Origin: Clostridiales bacterium
GTDB taxonomy: Bacteria; Bacillota; Clostridia; Oscillospirales; CAG-272
DNA length: 64,000 nt
Assembly: GCA_022793655.1 (NCBI GenBank)
Contig: JAAWDG010000001.1
Location: 59,252-123,251, forward strand
Direction of reading: 5' to 3'
Below the pieces are notes generated by a model, which saw only the letters and a list, made by a program, of their open reading frames with translations, was not told the DNA's origin and ran no database searches. Shown in pieces: positions 9,127 to 17,466 of the stretch (position 1 is its first letter; each line of letters begins with the position of its first letter). The translations under genes were made by a program, and so were the position numbers.

Positions 9127-9829
9127 TTCTTTTTTACAGCAGACAAGCTATTTTGCCTTGGCTCTTAGTTTCGTCGTTTACTATTTTGCTTTCTCGTTGC
9201 AAAAGCGGTGCCGTATTTCGGCGCTGAAGCCGCTGCTTAATCCGCTTTTAATCACGGTTGTTTTTACCATAGGGTTTCTGTTGATTACTCGCACCAGTTA
9301 CGAAACCTTTCAGGCGGGTGCCTCGCATCTTAGTTATCTGCTCACGCCCACAACCGTGTGTCTGGCGGTGCCGCTCTATGAAAAAATCGGCTATTTGAAG
9401 AAAATGCCTGTGGCGATTGGCCTTGGCATCTTAGCGGGTGTGCTGGCCAGCGCCCTGTCTATTTTAGGGATGAGTTTGCTTTTTGGTCTGACCGATCAAC
9501 AATATGTTACCTTGCTGCCAAAATCGGTGACAATGGCTATCGGCATGGATCTTTCAAGTGAACTGGGCGGCCTTTCGTCGATTACGGTAGCGGCGATTAC
9601 CGTCACTGGTTTGTTTGGCAATTTAGTGGCTTCTTATGTGTTTAAAATTTTTCGTATTACCCATCCGGTCGCGAAGGGGCTCGCCTGCGGGACTGCCTCT
9701 CATGCGATGGGCACGGCCAGAGCCGCTGAACTTGGCAAGACAGAAGAGGCCATGAGCGGCCTTGCCATTGCCGTGGCCGGCCTGATGACCGTTTTGGTGG
9801 CGACTTTGTTTTCTCATATTCCGATGTAG
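9119..9829 (+). CDS. lrgB: LrgB/CidB-family membrane protein
   Basis: 236 aa, polytopic, with the LLPKSVTMAIGM motif. Overlaps lrgA by 8 nt (ATGATTGA). Confidence 0.85.
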   Translation: MIDSFLQQTSYFALALSFVVYYFAFSLQKRCRISALKPLLNPLLITVVFTIGFLLITRTSYETFQAGASHLSYLLTPTTVCLAVPLYEKIGYLKKMPVAIGLGILAGVLASALSILGMSLLFGLTDQQYVTLLPKSVTMAIGMDLSSELGGLSSITVAAITVTGLFGNLVASYVFKIFRITHPVAKGLACGTASHAMGTARAAELGKTEEAMSGLAIAVAGLMTVLVATLFSHIPM

Positions 9830-10105
9830 AAAAGCGGCGACGCTTAGTTGCTTGTTGCTATATCGTACGCGCAGCATTGGCTTTTATCGTGTGGCGAAAG
9901 GTGTATACAAAAAAGTAAACGGCACAGCTTTAAACTGTACCGTTTTGTCATGATATGCGGTTTCATTTTTTATGATAAAGTGTAGTGTCTTCATTAAGGT
10001 GCAAGAGCTATTCTTATTGTATGATAAAGTTTCAACTTTCTAAGAATAATTCGTAAGAATTATTCTTATTTTTTTTTGCATTGCGTCGCGAAAAAGCCGC
10101 TATCA

Positions 10106-10651
10106 TTATGATTCCAACTGTCGGCCTAAGAAAGAGGCGGCGCTTTCGACTAATTTTGCTTCAATTTCTTGATTTTTAACCGATTCGCCTTTGGATATGA
10201 GTGAAACAACACAGCCAATAATATCACCGTCGGATACAATCGGCATGGCGCATGAAACGGTATATTTACCTGAATAATCGGCGGTTACATCACATTCGGC
10301 ATCGGTCGCCGGTCGATAGAGGGAACGGCCCTCCATAATGCTTTCCATATGGTGTGAAAGCCGTTTATCCATAAATTCTCTTTTTGGTACCCCCGCGCTG
10401 GCGATGACCGTGTCCCGGTCGCAAATGACGACAGACAGCTCGCATGTTTTATGAAGCGTTTCTGCATATTGTACGGCAAAAGCGCCGAGTTCGCCAATGG
10501 GTGAATATTTTTTAAATATAACCTCGCCGTCACGGTCGGTAAAAATTTCTAACGGATCGCCTTCTCTGATGCGCAGAACTCTTCTTATTTCTTTAGGTAT
10601 AACAACTCTGCCAAGGTCATCGATCCTTCTGACAATTCCTGTTGCTTTCAT
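10106..10651 (-). CDS. spoVT: stage V sporulation protein T (AbrB-family regulator)
   Basis: N-terminus MKATGIVRRIDDLGRVVIPKEIRRVLRIREGDPLEIF is the SpoVT/AbrB swapped-hairpin domain. It is followed by a GAF-like C-terminal domain. AAGGAGAG RBS. Confidence 0.9.
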   Translation of the reverse strand: MKATGIVRRIDDLGRVVIPKEIRRVLRIREGDPLEIFTDRDGEVIFKKYSPIGELGAFAVQYAETLHKTCELSVVICDRDTVIASAGVPKREFMDKRLSHHMESIMEGRSLYRPATDAECDVTADYSGKYTVSCAMPIVSDGDIIGCVVSLISKGESVKNQEIEAKLVESAASFLGRQLES

Positions 10652-10979
10652 ACTATCTCTCCTTACTAAACAAGTTCTTGCCTTTATTATTTACTTTCTG
10701 ACATGAATTATGCGCATGCTGTAAAATAAAGACAGTAATTTTGCAGGGTTATTTTGAAAAGACAATATGATGGTTGTTTATGTTCGCATCAAAAAATTTT
10801 TGATTCGTCTTGCTTTTTAAACGCTTTTATGATAAAATAGGAATGTTCCTAATCGAGTATTCTTAGAACATTCATCTTGCACCCGATAGGGTTGCATGCC
10901 AGCAACGCCTGAAACACCCGACTTCCAGCTACGCTGGTAAGTCGTAATTTTCGGTTGCTGAAAGTTGATAATCACATAA

Positions 10980-11055
10980 AGGGGTATAGCTCAGTTGGTA
11001 GAGCAGCGGTCTCCAAAACCGCGTGTCCAGAGTTCGAGTCTTTGTGCCCCTGCCA
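10980..11055 (+). tRNA. trnW: tRNA-Trp (anticodon CCA), CCA end encoded
   Basis: Acceptor stem AGGGGTA/TGCCCCT. D-arm AGCTCAGTTGGTAGAGC. Anticodon loop CTCCAAA. T-arm GAGTTCGAGTCTT. Discriminator G plus CCA. Confidence 0.9.
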
Positions 11056-11141
11056 GCGGCAAGTTGCCGCGTCTAAACCCGGATGCAGTTTGCGTTCGGG
11101 TTTTGTTTATTCCACGCGGATGGCGGTATCTGTTACGAAAA

Positions 11142-11178
11142 AGCCTTGCGTTTCTTAGAAACGCAAGGCTTTCTTTTT
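11142..11178 (+). terminator. rho-independent terminator downstream of tRNA-Trp
   Basis: agccttgcgtttc / gaaacgcaaggct stem followed by ttcttttt. An additional hairpin lies at about 11075-11108. Confidence 0.65.
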
Positions 11179-11789
11179 GCTTGATATGTGCTGATTTCGG
11201 GAGATTTCTCGTTGCCCGCACTTGACAACGGCTGCTACCCGCTCCGGCACGGTTACAACCGTACACATAGCGGTTATATGTACAGTAAAGGAATGACGGC
11301 CGCTGAGTTTTAAGAAAAAATGCACAAAAAATAAAATTATTTTCAATGCAATATATATAAAAAATAAAATTTATGCACAAAAAATGAATTTTATTGTTGA
11401 CTTTCTATCGATTACATGATACTATGCGTTCATAACCATTATTTTCCAAAACACGAAATGAATTCTCAAGCGCGCCACATTATACTCTATACTGTGTGCC
11501 TACCCAAACGAATTTTTTGCAGACGCACGGTGAATGTTTTAGCATCACGTGCGTCTGTTTTTTCTATAAAGTTCTTTTAATTTTATGACGCTGACACTTT
11601 AAATTATGTAAATTACTATGAGAAAAAAGGGGTAAATAATATGTTATAGATGCTTTTTTCGCTATATCAAAATGTCGATATTATTTAATAAATCAATCCT
11701 AAATATGTCGAACTATTTTCATCTCCTATGGATGAAGGCCACGTCTTCGAGGATATACGAATACAGCTGGATTAAGAAAGGGAAAAACA

Positions 11790-13166
11790 ATGGATATATT
11801 AAAAAACAATGTTTATAAACCTTCAATGTTTAATCATTTTGTGAATGATCCTGAAAGTGGTGCACTTATTCTCTTCAACTCATACTTGGGGGCAAGTAGC
11901 ATCATGAGTGTTCCTCAATTAAAAAAAGATAAAATCAAAAAATGGTTGGATAATGACTGTGTTTATAAAGAAGCTGTAACAGACGACAGTGATTTTATTA
12001 AACTCTCTCGGATGGGGTATTTTGTTGAAAGCTTGGTTAATGAAAAAGAGCAACGAGATATTTTATTGTCTAAGCTTCGGGACGATCCTACTTTGCGTCT
12101 TGTAATACATACTTCAAAAGCATGCAATTTCAGATGCAAGTATTGTTACCTTCATTTCAAAGATGAATACACACCTGAAGATAATATAAGTCTTGATGTT
12201 CAGGAAGGTATAATCAATTTTGTTAGAGACAATATTCAAAACTTTTCCGCGGTTCATGTTGACTGGTTTGGTGGTGAACCGCTGCTAGCCACCAATACTA
12301 TACAGTATGTATCGGAAAAACTGATAGAGATTTGCCGAGAAGCACACAAACCATATGAGGCAGTAATTACGACGAACGGGTATCTTTTGACGCCAAAAAA
12401 CATAGACCTTCTAATAAAAGCTAAAGTCCGACACTTTGCAATAACAATTGACGGAATCAAGGAGCAACACGATTCGTTTAGAATGCTGAAGAATGGCAGC
12501 GGAACATTCGACAAGATAATATCTAATTTGTTGTATATTCGAGATAATGTTAAAACACGCACGATTTCTATTTCTCTAAGAAGTAATATAACTGTAGATG
12601 CAGTAGAATTATTGAATAAATATTATGAATTCTACAATAAAATGTTTGGGGAGGATTCTCGTTTTTATTTATTTGTGCGACCTGTAAAGGACTTGGGCGG
12701 AGATAGTGTTGCTCAAATAAGTTCCTCATTGTTTCAAAAGAATCAAATTGATTTTAGTGTTGTTTTAGACAAGTTGGGTGGTATTGTAGATAGAATAAAA
12801 TTTGATGCTAACTTTATGGATTTGAATGTGGGCGGGATAAGGTGTTTTGCGAATAATAAAAATAGATATACGGTTGGAGTAGATGGGATGATATCAAAAT
12901 GTGATGAATCCATACCGGAAGTTGGAATTGGCAAATTGGATAAATTCGGCCAAATGCAACTGGATACGCCCAAGCTAAATGAGTGGATGAAACCCTCGCG
13001 AGTCAGTGAGAAATGCGACGAATGTTTCTATAGTTGTTGTTGTTTTATGGATCCGTGTCCCAAATCTCGAGTAAATAGTGGTCAAGAATCCTGCCCTTCA
13101 ACATACAGAGAGATTGATTCACTGATTTTACTTTATGTAAAATCATACCCAATAGAGGTTCTTTGA
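11790..13166 (+). CDS. radical SAM/SPASM-domain peptide maturase
   Basis: CX3CX2C motif (SKACNFRCKYCY). GGEPLL motif (WFGGEPLLA). C-terminal SPASM-type cysteines (CFANNKNRYTVGVDGMISKC ... CDECFYSCCCFMDPCP). AAAGGGA RBS. Confidence 0.88.
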   Translation: MDILKNNVYKPSMFNHFVNDPESGALILFNSYLGASSIMSVPQLKKDKIKKWLDNDCVYKEAVTDDSDFIKLSRMGYFVESLVNEKEQRDILLSKLRDDPTLRLVIHTSKACNFRCKYCYLHFKDEYTPEDNISLDVQEGIINFVRDNIQNFSAVHVDWFGGEPLLATNTIQYVSEKLIEICREAHKPYEAVITTNGYLLTPKNIDLLIKAKVRHFAITIDGIKEQHDSFRMLKNGSGTFDKIISNLLYIRDNVKTRTISISLRSNITVDAVELLNKYYEFYNKMFGEDSRFYLFVRPVKDLGGDSVAQISSSLFQKNQIDFSVVLDKLGGIVDRIKFDANFMDLNVGGIRCFANNKNRYTVGVDGMISKCDESIPEVGIGKLDKFGQMQLDTPKLNEWMKPSRVSEKCDECFYSCCCFMDPCPKSRVNSGQESCPSTYREIDSLILLYVKSYPIEVL

Positions 13167-13259
13167 TTGTATGTACAATCGTTTAATATGACACGAGATA
13201 TAATCACTGAGGTTAGTATTACATAAATTGACAGTCACCTATAAACCATGGAGGGATAT

Positions 13260-13529
13260 ATGAGCCACAATACTTATGACAATATTAAGGAAGAGGTTGT
13301 TAAAATACTGGAGAACAACGGAGTCGTTGTAGAGATGGAAAATGATGGCGATGCTGTTTTGGATATCGCAGCCATTGACTCTATTACGTTTATATCATTT
13401 ATTGTTGACATAGAAAATACATTTGGAATTGCTATTCCCGATGAACTGTTATCTCTTATGATTATACAATCGTTAAATGGTTTTGTTTATGTCTTGAGTG
13501 AGCTGCTAATCGAAAAGCGTGAATATTAA
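13260..13529 (+). CDS. acyl-carrier-protein-like small protein
   Basis: 89 aa, acidic. IDSITFISFIVDIENTFGIAIPDELL matches the carrier-protein helix II region, including the DS(L/I) phosphopantetheine-site pattern. GGAGGG RBS precedes ATG 13260. Confidence 0.75.
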   Translation: MSHNTYDNIKEEVVKILENNGVVVEMENDGDAVLDIAAIDSITFISFIVDIENTFGIAIPDELLSLMIIQSLNGFVYVLSELLIEKREY

Positions 13530-13607
13530 GTCGCACAGCAGCGGATATTCAATCCTAATATTATATTGGGATTCATGTCAAATAAACATAAAGAAAGGAG
13601 ATACACT

Positions 13608-13751
13608 ATGAAAAAGCTTAGAAAACCGACTTCCAAGCGCACGGAAACCCTTAACAAGGTACGTATTCTAGGAACGATGGCGACTTCTGAACCTGGTTCA
13701 AAGTATCAAGGCTGTCAGAATCCTCGTGGCTGTGGCTGCACAGCTTGCTAA
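13608..13751 (+). CDS. RiPP precursor peptide candidate (47 aa)
   Basis: AAAGGAG RBS lies 7 nt upstream of ATG 13608. Sequence MKKLRKPTSKRTETLNKVRILGTMATSEPGSKYQGCQNPRGCGCTAC has a basic leader and four Cys in the last 13 residues. It sits between the maturase genes and the exporters. Confidence 0.72.
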   Translation: MKKLRKPTSKRTETLNKVRILGTMATSEPGSKYQGCQNPRGCGCTAC

Positions 13752-13859
13752 CTAACTGAAGTGGATTGTAAATCGGAGTTTCTCTGACTACCATGGAGGA
13801 ACTCCGGTTGAAATCCTTTATAAAGGTTAAAACATGGAAAATTAATTGTTGGAGCTTAT

Positions 13860-15602
13860 ATGAAAAAACAATTCTCATGTCTTTTATTTTATTTTAAAAC
13901 TATATGGAAAAGAGAAAAACTGATTTTCCTTAATATCGGAATCTCTGTTTTAATCAACACATTTGCTTCATATGTAAATATATATTTTCTTAAATATCTT
14001 CTTGATTTCCTTGAAGCGGGAAAATATTCACATTCGATTCTCTGGACACTATGCTGTTTAGTGGTTATGAATCTAACGTCAAATATCTCAAGTTTGCTGA
14101 ATATCACTGTTTCAAACGCATACTACCGCATAAACACGTATCTTCGTTCCCAGGTTTTGAATATCAGTACTTCAGTCAGATTTGAGGAGATCGAAAATCC
14201 GGATGCACTCAATCATTTCGAACTTGCACACAAATGTGTGAACCAGAATATTCTTTCAAGTTACACACAGGTGCTTATAAGCATAGTGTCATCCGTTTTT
14301 GTTATCGCTGGGACGGTATATATTTCGTTTGAAATCAAATGGTGGATGTCAATCCTGGCTCTTAGTGTAACGGCTATCAATACAGTTTGTAATATTCTTA
14401 TCTCAAAAAACGAGATCGCGCGTTTTCATGAGGAGACCGCAGTGAGTAAGCAGCTCGAATACAGCAGGTTTTGGTTGACTGACATCAGCCGTGCTAAGGA
14501 AGTGCGTACATACACACTCCATAGATATATCGTAAATAAGCTGCGTGAGTATAATGACAAACTTTTTGCATCGCTTCATAAATTCACGAAAAAAAGGAAG
14601 AAGCCGTACCTTGTCATTGAAATAATAAACGCTATTCAATTATTTGCCGTATATTCTTTTTGTGCATATCAAATGGTTTCTGAGGGAATCAGTGCCGGAG
14701 ATTTCATGCTGTATTCGTCGGCAGTGTTTACCTTTGGCGGAGCACTCAACAGCATTACGAATAGCGTGATCAGCTTTTGGAACACAAACAGTTTGATGAT
14801 AACATTGATCAGCGTGTTAGATATTACAAAAAATCTCGAAAAGAGGACATTGTTTGACGAAGAGCTTAAAACGATCGAATTCAGAAATGTATCTTTCTCA
14901 TACAACAGCAGCGACGAAAATGCAATTGAGGACATAAGTTTCACTGTCAATTCAAATGAAAAATTCTCGATTATCGGCGAAAACGGTGCAGGGAAAAGTA
15001 CACTTGTTAAACTGCTTCTCGGAATGTATACTCCGACAAAGGGGGCGATCTTTATTAACGGAAAAATAATGGATCCCGAAAAGTATGACTACACACCACT
15101 GTTCAGTGCTGTGTTTCAGGACTACAAGATATTCAGCTTTACCGTCGAAGACAATATAAAAATGAGCGAAAAAGAACTGAGCGAAGGCGAAAAAGAAAAG
15201 ATTCGTTCTTTGCTCGGTTCTATGGGTATGCAGAGCATAAATACGAACTCATTCATTACACAGACGTTTTCAGATGACGGGATAAACTTTTCCGGAGGAG
15301 AGGCACAAAAGCTTGCCATTGTCCGGGCGCTTTACAAGGATGCGCCGATAATAGTTCTTGATGAACCCACCGCTGCACTCTCGCCCCAGAGTGAGTATGA
15401 GATCTATCAGAACTTCAACGCTCTGACAAAGGATAAAACCATTTTATTTATATCTCATCGGCTGTCAAGCTGCCGAATATGCGATAAGATCCTCCTGCTC
15501 CATAACGGCAGACTGGAGGCGCTCGGTTCTCACGATGAGCTTTTCGGATCCAATGTACTCTATACAGAGATGTTTTCCGCTCAGGCAGAGCTGTTCGGTT
15601 AA
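13860..15602 (+). CDS. ABC exporter, fused permease/ATPase subunit 1
   Basis: N-terminal six-helix TMD. Walker A GENGAGKST, signature FSGGEAQK, Walker B IIVLDEPTAAL. No C39 peptidase domain. Confidence 0.9.
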   Translation: MKKQFSCLLFYFKTIWKREKLIFLNIGISVLINTFASYVNIYFLKYLLDFLEAGKYSHSILWTLCCLVVMNLTSNISSLLNITVSNAYYRINTYLRSQVLNISTSVRFEEIENPDALNHFELAHKCVNQNILSSYTQVLISIVSSVFVIAGTVYISFEIKWWMSILALSVTAINTVCNILISKNEIARFHEETAVSKQLEYSRFWLTDISRAKEVRTYTLHRYIVNKLREYNDKLFASLHKFTKKRKKPYLVIEIINAIQLFAVYSFCAYQMVSEGISAGDFMLYSSAVFTFGGALNSITNSVISFWNTNSLMITLISVLDITKNLEKRTLFDEELKTIEFRNVSFSYNSSDENAIEDISFTVNSNEKFSIIGENGAGKSTLVKLLLGMYTPTKGAIFINGKIMDPEKYDYTPLFSAVFQDYKIFSFTVEDNIKMSEKELSEGEKEKIRSLLGSMGMQSINTNSFITQTFSDDGINFSGGEAQKLAIVRALYKDAPIIVLDEPTAALSPQSEYEIYQNFNALTKDKTILFISHRLSSCRICDKILLLHNGRLEALGSHDELFGSNVLYTEMFSAQAELFG

Positions 15603-15637
15603 TAGGTGTATAATTATGATATTAAGAGGAACGAATT

Positions 15638-17410
15638 ATGGCTTTAGCAGATAAAATAAAAAAAGTTTTCAAGACCTCATTTGAAGTGTCTGCGATGTTC
15701 ATACGGAACTGCAAGAAGCTCTTGCTCTTGGATGTTTTTCTTGGAATCAGCCGAGAGGTAAGACAGCTTATTATAACTGTTCTGCCGTCCATAGTGATTT
15801 GGCTTTGTACAGGTTCCGAATATACTATAGTTTCTTCGGTTATCGCGGCGATGGTTGCAGCAATTGCTGTTCTTGGAATCCTTATCGAGAAAGGTCAGTG
15901 CAATCTGTCGGACAACTCATTGCACGCAACCAATACCCTATACTACTTTTTAAATGGTAAAAATGCTCGTCTTGATTTGAAAGATGCCGAAGACGGTACA
16001 ATAATTGATCAGTACTACAAGGCATTTGATAACATTTACAATTTTAGCGATGTGCATTACAGTATTTTCTGTGTTCTTCTTGGCAAACTGATCTCCTTTG
16101 CTATCATGAGCGCCTTCATTATTTCGGTTGACATCAGATTGTATCCGATCGTACTCGCAGAAAACTTTATCGTTTTGATTATTAAGGCAAAGAAGAATCA
16201 TATTGATCACTCATTTGAAGAGGAAATATCAAAGAATACGAAAAAGGTAAAATACCTCTCGGAGCTTCTTTATGATTTTGAAGCCGGACGTGATCTCAGG
16301 ATTTATAACGGAAATGATATGGTAAGCAACAGATACATGGATGAGCTCCTTCACGCAAGAAGAATTGAGATCAAAAAACAACGTAAGGATTTTCTTATAG
16401 ACCTCGTTATCGGTATTTTGGGACTTGGACAACTATTCCTTATATATCTTCTGGCGATAAACAAATATTTTGTCGGAGGACTTTTGCTCGTAAATTTTAT
16501 TCTGTACGTAAACGCATCCAATCAGATTGCCTCATCTATTTCCGATATTGTGTGGACGGTGAGCGTCCTGCACACTGCCTCGATCTATTATGAGGACTTC
16601 AACAAATATATGGAGCTCGAAGAGACAATTCGCGAAAAAGGAACTGATACTCCTCCTTTGGGAAGTTCTGTGCCATTCATAGAGTTTAGAAATGTCTCGT
16701 TTAAATATCCGAATCAGGAGATCTTTTCATTAGAAAATTTCTCATGTACCATTGAATATGGCGATCATATTTCCATAGTCGGTGACAATGGTGCAGGAAA
16801 ATCAACTTTTGTAAAGCTGCTCCTGAGGCTTTACGAGCCGACAGAGGGTACGATCTATTACAAGGGAAAAGATATCAGGGAATACGATTTTGATTCCTAT
16901 CAGACTGTATTTGCTCCGGTATTTCAGGATTATGTTCTGAACGCTTTCTCGATCCGCGAAAACCTGATTTTCGATTATGACGAAAGAAATGATTTGATAA
17001 AATCTTCGCTTGAAAAAACGGGGATGTATGATAAAATCATGGATGTCGGTCTGGACAGACCGTACAGTCGAAAATTCTTTGAGGATGGTATCGAATTGTC
17101 GGGCGGAGAACAGCAGCGGCTTGTGATCTCACGAGCATACTGTAAGAATGCCGAGGTACTCATACTCGACGAACCGACCGCCGCAATCGATCCGCTCTCA
17201 GAACGCAAGCTGTTTGAGGATGTTTTCAGCAGTATTGGGGAAAGAACGAGCATAATGATATCGCACAGGATGTCCTGTTCAAAATTCTCAAACAGAATAT
17301 TTGTGATGGATCACGGAAAGCTCGTTGAGCAAGGTGCTCACGACAAGCTAATCAATGCAAACGGGTTGTATTCTTTTATGTATCGTCGGCAGGCACAGTA
17401 CTATTCGTGA
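15638..17410 (+). CDS. ABC exporter, fused permease/ATPase subunit 2
   Basis: TMD followed by Walker A GDNGAGKST, signature LSGGEQQR and Walker B VLILDEPTAAID. Probable heterodimer partner of the preceding gene. Confidence 0.9.
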   Translation: MALADKIKKVFKTSFEVSAMFIRNCKKLLLLDVFLGISREVRQLIITVLPSIVIWLCTGSEYTIVSSVIAAMVAAIAVLGILIEKGQCNLSDNSLHATNTLYYFLNGKNARLDLKDAEDGTIIDQYYKAFDNIYNFSDVHYSIFCVLLGKLISFAIMSAFIISVDIRLYPIVLAENFIVLIIKAKKNHIDHSFEEEISKNTKKVKYLSELLYDFEAGRDLRIYNGNDMVSNRYMDELLHARRIEIKKQRKDFLIDLVIGILGLGQLFLIYLLAINKYFVGGLLLVNFILYVNASNQIASSISDIVWTVSVLHTASIYYEDFNKYMELEETIREKGTDTPPLGSSVPFIEFRNVSFKYPNQEIFSLENFSCTIEYGDHISIVGDNGAGKSTFVKLLLRLYEPTEGTIYYKGKDIREYDFDSYQTVFAPVFQDYVLNAFSIRENLIFDYDERNDLIKSSLEKTGMYDKIMDVGLDRPYSRKFFEDGIELSGGEQQRLVISRAYCKNAEVLILDEPTAAIDPLSERKLFEDVFSSIGERTSIMISHRMSCSKFSNRIFVMDHGKLVEQGAHDKLINANGLYSFMYRRQAQYYS

Positions 17411-17466
17411 ACCTATAGTTGCACTTTAAAAGTCGGCTTTTAATGAAGAAAGAGCGGGGATTTTAA

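Noticed and set aside
10955-11380. ORFs 10955-11158(+), 10995-11225(+), 10991-11380(-) and 11155-11346(-).
   Set aside because: They overlap the tRNA-Trp gene and its terminators and use TTG/GTG starts with no RBS.
11056-11790. Search for an integrase or recombinase remnant next to the att-like repeat.
   Set aside because: No frame of useful length is open, and I recognised no tyrosine-recombinase motifs by eye. A translated database search would be needed to exclude a heavily decayed pseudogene.
13566-13607. Longer 61-aa version of the precursor starting at TTG 13566.
   Set aside because: There is no RBS before the TTG. A strong AAAGGAG precedes ATG 13608, so the shorter 47-aa product is preferred.
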